From NCBI GenBank assembly GCA_965247115.1, contig CBDFGR010000002.1, positions 768,001 through 832,000 on the forward strand: a DNA stretch of 64,000 bases, given 5' to 3'. The notes beneath the pieces were generated by a model. The model was not told the DNA's origin. It was given only the letters and a program-made list of their open reading frames with translations, and searched no databases. Shown piece by piece: positions 20,251 to 30,351 of the stretch (positions within the stretch are counted from its first letter, which is position 1; the number at the start of each line of letters is the position of its first letter). The translations under genes and the position numbers were made by a program. Source of the DNA: Myxococcota bacterium (GTDB lineage Bacteria; Myxococcota_A; UBA9160; SZUA-336).

Positions 20251-20955
20251 CTGGAACCGTTGTTTAGCGCGCTAACTGCCCCGATGGTATGACGCCCAAT
20301 CTCGGCGAATCGCGCAACTACTCGGAGCCACCTACTTGACGACCTGCAAGGAGGGATTCTGGGCACACACTCCCTCGCGATCGCCGGCCCCCTAAATAGT
20401 GCTCGATTTCGAATGCCTTGAGCGCGGGCCAAAGTTGGTCGGAACGCGGCTTGCGGTGCCAACGGAGTGATCGATGGCAACTCGCCAGACTTTCGCAATG
20501 ACGCTCATGACTGGGGTCTACTGGTGGACCGTCCGGAGGATCTCCGCTGCGGATCTTGCAACCTCTAGAAGATCCAGGTCCCCACGGATCTCTCGGTAGC
20601 GGACCTCTCCTTCCTCCAGTTTCGGCGCGATCAGCACTGCCGAGCAGCACCAGTCTGGCGTTCGTACTCAAGGCACTGCTCGACGTACGCCTTCGCGTGT
20701 GGATGGGTCGGGTTCCCTTCCAGCTTCGCCTTGATCTTCGCGTGCGCGGCTTGGGTGCTCGCCGCTCGTTGGGCCGGCCTCGTTGGCAGCTGTAGCGACG
20801 GTGGTTTCATTTTCTGACCGTTACTCCAGGAGGCAACGGACTGCTCACTGATTGTTCCACGGGAGAATCGGAGATGGGTAATTCAATTGTGCCTACTCGC
20901 GGTGCACCGTGTTAAGATGTTCTACGCTTTACGCTGAAGTCACAGGAGGACGGAA

Positions 20956-21495
20956 ATGAGCTATATGCCAAAATGCCTGGGGCACGTGAACATTTTCGTG
21001 AGAAATGCTGAACAGGCTCGCGATTGGTATGAGGACCTGTTGGGCTTGCATACCTACGATTTCAAGCCTGGTGTCGCCGCCTTTATGTCGGCCGACAAGG
21101 AAATCTCTCACGAAATAGCCTTGCTGGAGGTCGGTGAAAATGCTCCACTGCAGCAAAAGGGGCAGGTCGGCCTGAACCACATGGCTTGGTACATGTACAA
21201 CCTGGAGGACTTGAAAGAGCTATATCACAGGGTAAAGGAAAGGAATATACCCATCAAAAACATCTCGGATCACGGCCTGTCCATCGGGATTTATATAGAA
21301 GACCCCGACGGCAACGGCATCGAGCTGTCCTACGAGCTGCCACGGAGCCAATGGGGCCGGGAAGATAACATCTTTATGGCTGGTAGTTTCATCGAACGAG
21401 GCCGCTTCCCCGGGCCCTGGGACGCAGAGATTGCGGCGAGCCACATGGCCCCGGGCGAGCTGGCTATTCCGTACAGGCCCCCAGCCACCCGGTAA
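20956..21495 (+). CDS. VOC/glyoxalase family protein
   Basis: LGHVNIFV, GLNHMAW, IYIEDPDGNGIEL; GGAGG RBS. Confidence 0.85.
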   Translation: MSYMPKCLGHVNIFVRNAEQARDWYEDLLGLHTYDFKPGVAAFMSADKEISHEIALLEVGENAPLQQKGQVGLNHMAWYMYNLEDLKELYHRVKERNIPIKNISDHGLSIGIYIEDPDGNGIELSYELPRSQWGREDNIFMAGSFIERGRFPGPWDAEIAASHMAPGELAIPYRPPATR

Positions 21496-21526
21496 GGCTC
21501 ACCCAGATACACAAGCGATTGGGGGA

Positions 21527-21608
21527 GGGATAGGGAGTTCAAGAGGGTTTTTCGGGTTCTGACATTGGCCTTTCCGTCCGATCGAGTCGTCCGAGGGCCC
21601 GGGGGCGG
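21527..21608 (-). repeat. IS91/ISCR-type oriIS end (copy 2)
   Basis: 66 bp (21543-21608) identical to 55111-55176; ends CTCTTGAACTCCCTATCCC on the minus strand. Confidence 0.7.
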
Positions 21609-22218
21609 ACGATTCGGAAGCCAGCCAGCCGTTGCCGTGCTGAGCGGCGCGGCGCAACGCCACGTCGGCATGTCCGCCGAAAATGAAGGGTGGGTGTGGC
21701 TGGGTCTGGGGCTTGGGAGGCACGGTATAACTCCTGCCCGAATACTCCGTCACGTTGTCGTTGAACAGGCTCAGCATGATGTCGATGGACTCGTTGAAAC
21801 GCTCGCCGCGCGTGTTCCAGTCGCGGCCTACGATATCGAACTCCTCCTGCAGCCAACCGCCTCCCATGCCAAACAGGAAACGGCCGCTGGAAAACAGGTC
21901 GAGGGTGGTGACCGAACGCGCCAGATGAAACGGATCGTGCAGCGGAACGATGGAAACCGAGATGGCCAGCCGCAGAGTCCTCGTCAGGGCCGCGAGATAA
22001 GCCAGCACCGCATAGGGATCATAAAACGGTAGCTTGGAATGAAAGGCCTGATGGGCTTTGCCCCCCTCGCCACTGTAGGGATACCGGGATTCACTTGCTA
22101 CGGGGGTCACGACATGCTCGCCCAGCCACACCGAGTCGAAGCCCAACTCTTCCGCCAACAGGGCCACATCGATGATCTGCTGCGGCCGGAGGGGGAAGAG
22201 AGATACGCCAAACTTCAA
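21609..22218 (-). pseudogene. LLM-class F420-dependent oxidoreductase, 3' truncated by the oriIS repeat
   Basis: GFDSVWLGEHVV, TLDLFSSGRF, RRAAQHGNGW, then reads into the repeat. Confidence 0.8.
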
Positions 22219-22652
22219 GGATTCACCTTCGGTTTCGCATTATCAACGATGCAATAGGCAAAGGACTGCTCAGCCGTGCCAGAGAACGCTAATTGCACAC
22301 GAGCGCCGATGGCAATGTCACCGCCTGGCGCATCAAGCTGGGCGGCGATACGGCAGGTGGGCGCATCATCCGGGCAGACAAGTCCCACCACGTAGGGTTT
22401 GGCAACCGACGGCAGCAATGGGCGTTGGACGTGTGTGAACGTGAAAATCGTGGCCGCCGAGCCAACCACCTGCCAGTCATAGTGGCCACCCTTACATGCG
22501 GGGCCGCTGGCGGACGGATACCAATCCCACTGCCCACACACGGAACAACGTGGCAAGCGCAGCTCATGTTTGGCAATGCCCTGCCAATAGGGCGCCAGCT
22601 CGGGTGCCGAACGAGGAGGAGGAAACAGGGGCCCAGGCGCGGCCATGATCAA
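22215..22652 (-). CDS. Zn-ribbon/OB-fold (DUF35) protein
   Basis: YWQGIAKHELRLPRCSVCG...YP...C. Confidence 0.8.
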   Translation of the reverse strand: MIMAAPGPLFPPPRSAPELAPYWQGIAKHELRLPRCSVCGQWDWYPSASGPACKGGHYDWQVVGSAATIFTFTHVQRPLLPSVAKPYVVGLVCPDDAPTCRIAAQLDAPGGDIAIGARVQLAFSGTAEQSFAYCIVDNAKPKVNP

Positions 22653-22957
22653 CGTCTCATGGTGATCGATTGTCTACTGTTTGATCGTTCGTAGTTCTCC
22701 AGTGCCATTCTATCCCTTGTCTAGCTCGCCCACTCCAACCGCAGCGTCTTTTTCTGGCGTCCCCTAGGGACGTCTCATTAGCTTCCCAACATATTATTTA
22801 TATTGGAATTTTCTTCGTAGACGGTCTGGCTTTGTACCGTACCTTGTACCAATAGGTGACGGGGTATCTCCCCGTCCCACGCCCACGGCGCTAGCAACCC
22901 GGCCGCCAGCGACAGAGAAGTCCCCACCGGCTGACGCAGAAAGCTCCGGGCATCCGG

Positions 22958-25900
22958 TTACCGATCGACCTGGGATCCTGTCAGGAGTTGTGGAGCGAGT
23001 AGCGCCTTCGCATCCTTCAGAACCTGCGTGTCGAAGCCTTCGGTGAACCGGTTATAGATGGGCGCAAGGAGGTCGCGGGCTTCGTCGTGCTTGCTCTGGC
23101 GCTGCCAGCAGCGGGCCAGGCTGGTGGCAGCGCGTAGCTCGTGCAATCTCGCCCCCTGGTTCTGGGCGATCTCGAGCGCGCGCTCGAAGAGCGACTCTGC
23201 ACGCGTCTCTTCGGAGTCTTCCGTCGCGATCAGCAGCTCGCCCTTCGCCCGGTGGAGCTCCGGCTCCCAGAAGCGCTCACCGTTCTTCTCCGCGGATTGG
23301 AGGGCCCTCTCGATCACCTGCAGGGCCATGTCCGGCTGCCCCGCCGCCGCATGCGCTTCGCCACCGAGTCCGAGGAACGCGGGCGCGAAGGACCGGGATC
23401 CCGTCGCGGCGAGGAGCGAGGCTCCCTCCCAGTACTCACCGATGCTCGCAGGCTCGGAGCTGGAGATCGCGAGGGCGCTGCCGCGAAGCATTTTGCCGGA
23501 GCCGACAAAGAAGATGAAACTCTGGCGCTCCGCGATCGCCAGAATCTCCTCAGCCAGCTCGAGTACTTGATCGACCTCCCTACGCATGTACCGGCAGAAT
23601 GCGAACAGGGTGAGCGCGGAGGCCACATCGAACGGTTGGTCCAGTTCCCGAGCCAGCTCGACTCCACGCCGGGCTCGTTCGAGCGCCGTGTCCAGGCGGC
23701 CCAGCTCTGCGACCGACAGCGCGGAAAAGCTGTTTGCAGCAACGTTCACCTCGACGATGGTGCGGAGATCGCGAGACGGCAAGGGCCCGCGGTACGAGAT
23801 CACTCGGTCCAAGTGGCGCAGTGCGTCCGCCGGGTGGCCCTGCAAGCCGAGCGGGGTCCCAAGGCACACGTCGCCGGTAATCGCTATCGCTTCGTCTCCG
23901 ACCTCCTGCCCGAGCGCAACGATCTCGCGGGCCACCCGGACCGCCGAATCGAGCTCGGCACGGTTGTTGTGGACAACGGAGAGTCCGGCGAGTGCGTGTG
24001 CCCGCAGGCGCGCATCGGCGAGAGAATGGCACAGCTCGTATGCCCTTGCGTAGGCGCTTGCGACGTCGTCGTGGGCGAAGCCCTTGGTGGCGACCAGGTT
24101 TTTGCTGAGCCCGAGCTGCAACTCCAGTTCCTGCGGTTGGCGATCGGGGCCCTCTGGGAGATTCGCAAGGAGGTCGAGGCCGCGCTTGAATAGGCGTGTG
24201 GACTCCTCAATGGCCGAGCGCTCAAACGCGAGATCCGCCGCGCGCCCATATGAAACGGCCGCCGGTACGGGTAGATCGGCGCGCTCGTAGTGGCGCGCCA
24301 GAAGCTCGGGCTCGGCCTTCGCCCGCCCCGGGAAGTGCTGTTCGAGTATCCTCGCGATCCGTTTGTGAAGAGGTTGGCGAACGCTGCGCAGCAGCGACCG
24401 ATAGGCCGTCTCCTCGATCAGTGCGTGCTTGAACGAGTAGATCGCCGCGGGTGGGGCACCGCGCTGGTAGACGAGCTCGGCCTCGACGAGCCGAGCGAGG
24501 CCCTGGCGCAGTGCGGCGTCATCGAACTCCGCCACAGCCGCAATGAACTCGTAGGAGAACTCGCGCCCGAGCGTGGCGGCCAGCTGGGCCACCTGCTTCG
24601 CGGCGGAGAGGCGGTCGAGGCGCGCCATCAGCGAGTCCTGGAGTGTCATCGGGATGGCGAGCTCTTCTAGGTCTCCCGTGAGCTCGTAACGATCCTCGCG
24701 CTGGGAGAGCATTCCCGACTCGAGGACCGACTTCGTGAGCTCCTCGACGTAGAGCGGCATACCTCCAGCGCGCTCCAGGATTCGCTCGACCACGGGATCC
24801 GGGAGCGCGCGATCACCCGCGATCGCTGCGATCATCTGTGACGCCGTATGGTGTTGAAGACGGCCGACGGCGACCGGCGTCACGTGGGAGCGCGCGGGCC
24901 ACGGTGGCTCGAACTCCGGCCGGAATGACAACAGTGTCAGCACCCGGGCGCGCGGGATCTGCTCGAGCAGGCGCCCCACCACCTCGAGGGTCGAGGGATC
25001 GCACCAATGGAGATCTTCGAAGACCATCACCACGGGCTGCCGTTGCCCAAGCGCAAGGGTCCAGGCCGCGAGCGCCCCGATCGTCTCTTTGCGCTGCAGC
25101 TCGGCGCCGAGGGCGGGGCGCCGATAGGAGCCGGGATGCGGAATTGCGAAGAGCGGAGCGAGCAGCGGAACCAGCTCCGCCGTCGAGAGACCCGCAAGCT
25201 CGAGTCCCGCCTCGAGGCGGCCCAACTTCAGCTCCCACGCGTCCGTTTCCTTAAAGCCGCAGGCCTGCTGCACGAGCTCGATGATCGGCTGGAAGGCACT
25301 GTCTCGGGCGTAGGGCGAGGCCTGGCACTCGAGCCAGGTATGCGACGTGTCGGCCAATCTCTCTCGGAGCCCGTGAAGGAGCCGCGATTTCCCAACGCCG
25401 GCTTCGCCCGAGAGGACAACGGCCTGCCCGTCGCCTTCGATGACCTGCCACCAGCGATCCAGCAGCAGCCCCAGCTCCTGCTCCCGTCCCACCAGCGGGT
25501 TCAGGCTGCTTGCTGCTTTGAGGCGACTGCGAATGCCGCTCTGCTGCAGCACCCGGTGGACCCGGATCGGCTCCGCGACGCCCTTGAGGACGGGCGTGCC
25601 CAAGTCCTGCGTAACGAAGAGCCCCAGAACGAGTCGGTGCGTGGCGTCGCTGATCAACACGGCGTCCGGCTCGGCCACGTTCTGCAGCCGGGCCGCGATG
25701 TTAGTCGTCTCGCCGACGGCAAGGGTTTCGCGACGGTCGCCGTCACCCATCTCGCCGACCACGACCGGACCGGTGTGGATTCCGACACGCACGCCTAGCC
25801 GTACCCCGCTCTCACGCTCGAGGCGGTCGTTCACGCGCCCGAGCGCCAATGGGATCTCATGCCCTGCCCGGACCGCGCGCTCGGCGTCGTCTTCGTGGGC

Positions 25901-26380
25901 CTGCGGGTAGCCGAAGTAGACCAGAAGCCCGTCGCCCAAGTATTGGGCGATATGCCCCTCGTAGCGGCCGATCACCTCGGATGCGCCGTCTTGATAGACG
26001 CGGAGCACCTCCCGCAGCGCTTCCGCGTCAAGACGACTGGAGAGAGCCGTCGAGTCCACCAGATCGCAGAAGAGCACCGTGAGCTGGCGCCGCTCGGCTT
26101 GGGCGCTGAGCGTGCCCGCATGTGTGGGCGAACCGATTACCCGTTCGGGCGCGCCCGCTTGCAAGGTGCCAGCCGTCCACGCGATAGCTTTGCTCTCTCT
26201 CGCGGCGACCTGCTGGATGTCTACGAGCTCGTTAACCAGCTCGTTGAGCGCCTCGTCGTCGAGCTCAAACTCGCGCTGTAACGCCCCGCGCGAGACGCGG
26301 CCCTGCTCCTCTAGATAGGCTTTGGCGCGCCGGATCGTCTCAAGGAAGCTCATCGCGAAGGCCGGGTTCCAAATCCGCAC
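22958..26380 (-). CDS. Adenylate/guanylate cyclase with AAA/STAND ATPase and TPR-like repeats
   Basis: ERRQLTVLFCDLVDST, YLGDG, GIHTG, GEAGVGKSRL, EDLHW; start may be 26353. Confidence 0.92.
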   Translation of the reverse strand: MRIWNPAFAMSFLETIRRAKAYLEEQGRVSRGALQREFELDDEALNELVNELVDIQQVAARESKAIAWTAGTLQAGAPERVIGSPTHAGTLSAQAERRQLTVLFCDLVDSTALSSRLDAEALREVLRVYQDGASEVIGRYEGHIAQYLGDGLLVYFGYPQAHEDDAERAVRAGHEIPLALGRVNDRLERESGVRLGVRVGIHTGPVVVGEMGDGDRRETLAVGETTNIAARLQNVAEPDAVLISDATHRLVLGLFVTQDLGTPVLKGVAEPIRVHRVLQQSGIRSRLKAASSLNPLVGREQELGLLLDRWWQVIEGDGQAVVLSGEAGVGKSRLLHGLRERLADTSHTWLECQASPYARDSAFQPIIELVQQACGFKETDAWELKLGRLEAGLELAGLSTAELVPLLAPLFAIPHPGSYRRPALGAELQRKETIGALAAWTLALGQRQPVVMVFEDLHWCDPSTLEVVGRLLEQIPRARVLTLLSFRPEFEPPWPARSHVTPVAVGRLQHHTASQMIAAIAGDRALPDPVVERILERAGGMPLYVEELTKSVLESGMLSQREDRYELTGDLEELAIPMTLQDSLMARLDRLSAAKQVAQLAATLGREFSYEFIAAVAEFDDAALRQGLARLVEAELVYQRGAPPAAIYSFKHALIEETAYRSLLRSVRQPLHKRIARILEQHFPGRAKAEPELLARHYERADLPVPAAVSYGRAADLAFERSAIEESTRLFKRGLDLLANLPEGPDRQPQELELQLGLSKNLVATKGFAHDDVASAYARAYELCHSLADARLRAHALAGLSVVHNNRAELDSAVRVAREIVALGQEVGDEAIAITGDVCLGTPLGLQGHPADALRHLDRVISYRGPLPSRDLRTIVEVNVAANSFSALSVAELGRLDTALERARRGVELARELDQPFDVASALTLFAFCRYMRREVDQVLELAEEILAIAERQSFIFFVGSGKMLRGSALAISSSEPASIGEYWEGASLLAATGSRSFAPAFLGLGGEAHAAAGQPDMALQVIERALQSAEKNGERFWEPELHRAKGELLIATEDSEETRAESLFERALEIAQNQGARLHELRAATSLARCWQRQSKHDEARDLLAPIYNRFTEGFDTQVLKDAKALLAPQLLTGSQVDR

Positions 26381-26659
26381 ATTCTGGTCGCCTCGAGAGT
26401 CGAGGTCAAAGGAGCCCGACTCTGATGAGCACGAGGCAGGAATTCGTAATGACTCTCGGCCAAGATGAGGGCCTCAGCGCAATTTTCACGGAACAAGGTT
26501 CTGCGCAGACCGTAGTGGGGCAGATGTGGGGGCATTTGGGTGGTCGGACATTCTAGATCTAATTTGAATTCAACTGCATAGCTATCAAATTGGAAGGACG
26601 TCCGCTCTGTCGAACTGGCTTTGCCTGGCATTGCATTGGATAGTGCTCGATTCTCGTTC

Positions 26660-26773
26660 CTCCTCATACGAAATTCGAAACCCCATGGCTTCGAACGACC
26701 GCGCGGCTTCGGCGGCCGCCACCCAGGGGCGCTTGATTTGCGGAATCGTGACGCCGAAATGTGGCTTTGCCAT
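26660..26773 (-). pseudogene. LLM oxidoreductase N-terminal fragment
   Basis: MAKPHFGVTIPQIKRPW...FEAMGF, then the homology ends. Confidence 0.55.
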
Positions 26774-26836
26774 GCGCTCCTCCCGCGCTTTTTATTGGCT
26801 GGGCATTAGTCGGGCATTCGCCATCCAGCGCAATCT

Positions 26837-27253
26837 CTAACGCGCTTCCAGACGCACAAATACCCGGGGTGGAAAACCCATCAGCAAGCGCGCAACAAAT
26901 GGCAGGCGGTTGTCTTCCAGCACACGGTCGTGTTCGGCTCCGTCCACCGGTACGGCTGTGTAGTCACCGCTTTGTGCGGCGTGTGCGCCGCCAAACTCGA
27001 TGTGCACTTCTGGATTTTGTTTCACCTGACTGAACCACGCTCGGGGCCAATGGTTTGCAGCAAGGTACAGTTCGTCCTGGCTCTCAAATAGCGACAGCAC
27101 GCGTTGTGTTTTGCTGCCGTCGTTCTCAGTCAGAGTAATGACCAGGTTCTCCTCGCCGCGGGGTTGGGAATAACCGAGTCATGATTCGAACGCCGCAACC
27201 AGGGCGACGTATAGACCAAGAACGACGAGCAGAATCTTGATTGGCAGTTTCAC
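26837..27253 (-). pseudogene. Deazaflavin/nitroreductase-like (DUF385-type) membrane protein with nonsense codon
   Basis: VKLPIKILL...AFES*LGYSQP...continues in frame to ANHWPRAWF...GFPPRVFVRLEAR; TGA at 27179-27181. Confidence 0.6.
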
Positions 27254-27571
27254 AGTGCTTGGGCCCCGGATTGTTCGACAGGTACGCGTCGTAATCAGCT
27301 GCGTCCCTGTGTTCCTCCAAGTTGTCGAAGGGATCGGGGGGCACGGCACCATTCCCCTCCTGGCCAGTGCCAGAGGCTGTGGGTTTTTCCTGTGCGGTAT
27401 CTTCGTTCTCAATCTCCTGGGACATCGACTTCACCTCTAGTCCGGCGTCCCTCGGCGCCCGGACTCCTTCTTCTTACGTCGAGGGCCAGCTCAAACTGGA
27501 CCCCTTGACCCGGGCCCTTTGGCACCGGCCGCCGCAACAGGGGATCTGCAGCAGCTCTCCCCCGAGAGGAT

Positions 27572-27787
27572 TCAAGCTCGGTATCGACCGGCGTTTCTTC
27601 GCCAGAACGGAAATAGCCACTCAGCGATAGAGGCCTCCCATAGGCACGGGAAGCCGCGCAGATAAACCTCGAGCGCGTCACGCTGATTGATGTGACCTGA
27701 GGCTATCGCGTGGGCAAGTTCATCGATGTGACTTCTAAACTCCTGCGCATGGGCTTTCGAGTGGTGCCGCAGGAGGGCCGGTGTCAA
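27572..27787 (-). CDS. Hypothetical protein of the satellite remnant
   Basis: 71-aa ORF overlapping the excisionase stop codon. Confidence 0.45.
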   Translation of the reverse strand: MTPALLRHHSKAHAQEFRSHIDELAHAIASGHINQRDALEVYLRGFPCLWEASIAEWLFPFWRRNAGRYRA

Positions 27788-28023
27788 GGCCGCGAACCTG
27801 TCCGCATCGTCCGCCGAGCGGTTTGCGACCCTGAGCCGAGGTCCGACGTAGAGAGGCGTGCGTTCTCGTCCGCAAACGCCACAAGGTCGTCAACCGCATA
27901 GACAACAGCAGCGCCGAGCTTTCGATATCGGGGTCCAGTACCAAGAACTCGCCAGTTACAGAGTGTCTTCGGCGCTACCCCGAGATTCTCAGCCGCTTCT
28001 GGCGTTCTGAGTAGCCTCTCCAC
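27784..28023 (-). CDS. Excisionase / AlpA-like HTH protein
   Basis: LLRTPEAAENLGVAPKTLCNWRVLGTGPRYRKLGAAVVY. Confidence 0.85.
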   Translation of the reverse strand: MERLLRTPEAAENLGVAPKTLCNWRVLGTGPRYRKLGAAVVYAVDDLVAFADENARLSTSDLGSGSQTARRTMRTGSRP

Positions 28024-28081
28024 TCCAGCCCTCCGGTCCCCATAGGGATACGAAGGACGCTACCGGGCAGCCGCGATGAGG

Positions 28082-28700
28082 TCACTGCGAAGATCGCGCG
28101 CCTTTCTCGCAGTAATCCTCCCAAACATCGTGGCATCGACTACCACGCCATGCATCCCAGGCCACCCGATCCGAGACCGAGAAGTGGGCTACTGCCCAGC
28201 GCACGGCATCAGTCGCCTTGGCTCCATTGAGAACGTGGGCGAACACTGTCTCCGAGAGACTCCGGTTCCTCTCCCGCTCGGTGTGACGGGAGAACGAAGT
28301 CCCCCGACCTTTCCCCGAGTAGCCGAGTTCTCGTGCCAAGAACCTCGGAAAGTCCCCTTTTGGGACATCTACCATCAGCTTGCGAATGGCTGAGTCCTGA
28401 CGGTCGAACGTTGCGTTGGCCCACGCGGGAACAGCAACGCCGTTCTCTCTGGCCAATGCACGGGCGTCGTGTGCGTAGATCAGCTCTGACCGCTGACGAA
28501 ACAACTTCTCCAAACCGTTCAGCCTATGGCCCAGGCGTGCCATGCGAGCCCGCTCCGCGTGCGGCCGCAGTCGCGGGTCAAGAGCCGCGAGATCAGCGAG
28601 CAGATCAGCGAAGCCAGACGCGCTCCTTTCCGCAAGCCCAGTACCAGCACGCGCGTGAAGCCTGAGCCGGTCCTTGATAGGGACTTTGCGCTTCTCATAG
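28082..28700 (-). CDS. Hypothetical protein between integrase and excisionase (start uncertain)
   Basis: Long open frame with a C-terminal HTH-like segment (AVRWAVAHFSVSDRVAWDAW). Confidence 0.45.
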
Positions 28701-28713
28701 TAGACCGGGAGGG

Positions 28714-28850
28714 TCACCTGCGAGAATCCATCCGGACGAGCTTTCCGGTGACCGAGCCGCCCATCAACGAATCCAAGGTTTCGCCTACCAACTCTGCCGC
28801 ATCCCGAAGAGGACCGTCGGCAAGATGGGCATACCGCTGAGAGGTGGTCG
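28714..28850 (-). pseudogene. Tyrosine integrase extreme C-terminus
   Basis: TTSQRYAHLADGPLRDAAELVGETL. Confidence 0.75.
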
Positions 28851-29048
28851 CGCGGCATCGAGTCTCCCCAGGCCGCCGATCAGGGACACCAGTATGTAAG
28901 GCAGAACGGTGATCTGAAGGAGGCGAATATAGGCTTGCCCGACGATTTCGAGTTTGCCCGCCGGCTCGCCGAAAAAGACGCCGCAAAAAATGCCGAGTCC
29001 TAATCCCCACAGAACGCGGGAGAACGCGCTTTGCGGGATCAATCGCAT
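28851..29048 (-). pseudogene. Cation:dicarboxylate symporter N-terminal fragment
   Basis: GLGLGIFCGVFFGE...GQAYIRLLQITVLPYILVSLIGGLG. Confidence 0.75.
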
Positions 29049-29092
29049 CTAGACGCATGCGTTTCTTCAGGTGGGATTGTAGGCATCGGACG

Positions 29093-29980
29093 TCAGCGTT
29101 CCGATACGCCGGTGATGCTGTCGCTCATCGCGCGCTCATCTCGATTCGGCCAGCGCCCGGCCTCGACCTGCGCGATGAATGTGCCAATCGCACGGTTGAA
29201 GGCTTCGGGCTCTTCCAGATTCACCGCATGGCCCGTGTTCGGCACCACGAGTAGCGCGGCGGAACGGATAACCCGCTTCATATAGACGTTCGGGGCCAGG
29301 CAAGGCCAATCCTCGTCGCCCGAGACGATTAGCGTCGGCACGGTCATGGCTTGCATTTCACCTTCGAGGTCGTAAAGCGAAGGCCGCTCCTTTTGGACGC
29401 CGAGTTGGGTGTTCGCGGAGCCTTCGGCGGAATGTTCGGCGAGCATTCGCGCGAACTCCGCAAAACCGCGGGGATCCTTATTCTCGAACTGCACGCGGGT
29501 TGGCCCATAGGCATAGCCTTCGGCGAAAGATTGCATCGAAGACGTTCGGAGCTTGGCGGCGATCGCGTCGACTTCGCCGTGAAACCGCCCGAGCTGTTCG
29601 CGCTCGGCTCCGTAGCCGACGCCGGCGAGGACGAGAGATTCGGCGCGTTCAGGGTAGGTAAGTCCGAAGTGCAGCGTCGCGAACCCGCCCATCGATAAGC
29701 CGACGACGTGAGCGCGACTGATATCGAGCTGGTCCAGCACGGCCCGGATGTCGTCGCGGGCAAGGTCTTGGGAATATGACGAGACGTTGGCCGGAACGTC
29801 GGAAGGCGGATAGCCCCTGGCGTTGAACGCGATACATCGGTGGCGCCGCGCGAATGCCCGGATCTGCGGTTCCCAGCTTCGGTGGTCTCCCGCAAACTCG
29901 TGAACGAATACTACCGGCGATCCAGTTCCGGCTTCCTCAAAATAGAGCCGCACCCCGTCGTCGCTCGTAAGATATGGCAT
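29093..29980 (-). CDS. Alpha/beta hydrolase
   Basis: VHEFAGD, VGLSMGG nucleophile elbow, GDED, TGH. Confidence 0.92.
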   Translation of the reverse strand: MPYLTSDDGVRLYFEEAGTGSPVVFVHEFAGDHRSWEPQIRAFARRHRCIAFNARGYPPSDVPANVSSYSQDLARDDIRAVLDQLDISRAHVVGLSMGGFATLHFGLTYPERAESLVLAGVGYGAEREQLGRFHGEVDAIAAKLRTSSMQSFAEGYAYGPTRVQFENKDPRGFAEFARMLAEHSAEGSANTQLGVQKERPSLYDLEGEMQAMTVPTLIVSGDEDWPCLAPNVYMKRVIRSAALLVVPNTGHAVNLEEPEAFNRAIGTFIAQVEAGRWPNRDERAMSDSITGVSER

Positions 29981-30154
29981 CGTTGTTCACCCCCCACATC
30001 CACCCCCCCCCCCACATCGAGGCGTGAGTATGCGCATGATCGACGAAAAGCGTCGAGAGGCTACACAACCCCCAGGATTGACGCAGCGGCGCTTCAGGAT
30101 TGACGCAGCGGCGGAATCGGCTCCGAGGATGGGGCGACCAGGCCGACGGACCGT

Positions 30155-30223
30155 CGAAGTCACTCCGCCAATCATGAGCGGCGTCGAGCGGAAGTCGTTG
30201 GATGGGGCTCTACACATCGAACA
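30155..30223 (+). repeat. 69-bp dispersed repeat (copy 1)
   Basis: Matches 53547-53615 with one mismatch. Confidence 0.9.
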
Positions 30224-30351
30224 GTGTCGGGCTGGTGGAGGCGCTCGATCCCGGGCCAGCACGAGGAGGGGTGCGGTGGTCGGGCCAACCGCTCCCGAGC
30301 TACACCCCAGAGCACCTCGGTCGGTGTAGGGTCTGGGCCATCAAACTCCAC

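Larger units (their letters stand above)
27270..28850 (-). mobile_element. Remnant of a phage-satellite/integrative element (int C-terminus, hypothetical, excisionase, small ORFs)
   Basis: Order: integrase tail, ORF, AlpA-like HTH, coupled small ORFs; both ends fused to unrelated genes. Confidence 0.65.

Noticed and set aside
27179..27181. In-frame TGA in the DUF385-like gene as possible selenocysteine
   Set aside because: It lies at the end of a membrane anchor (AFES*LGY) with no Cys motif and no comparable hairpin 11 nt downstream; more likely a nonsense mutation.
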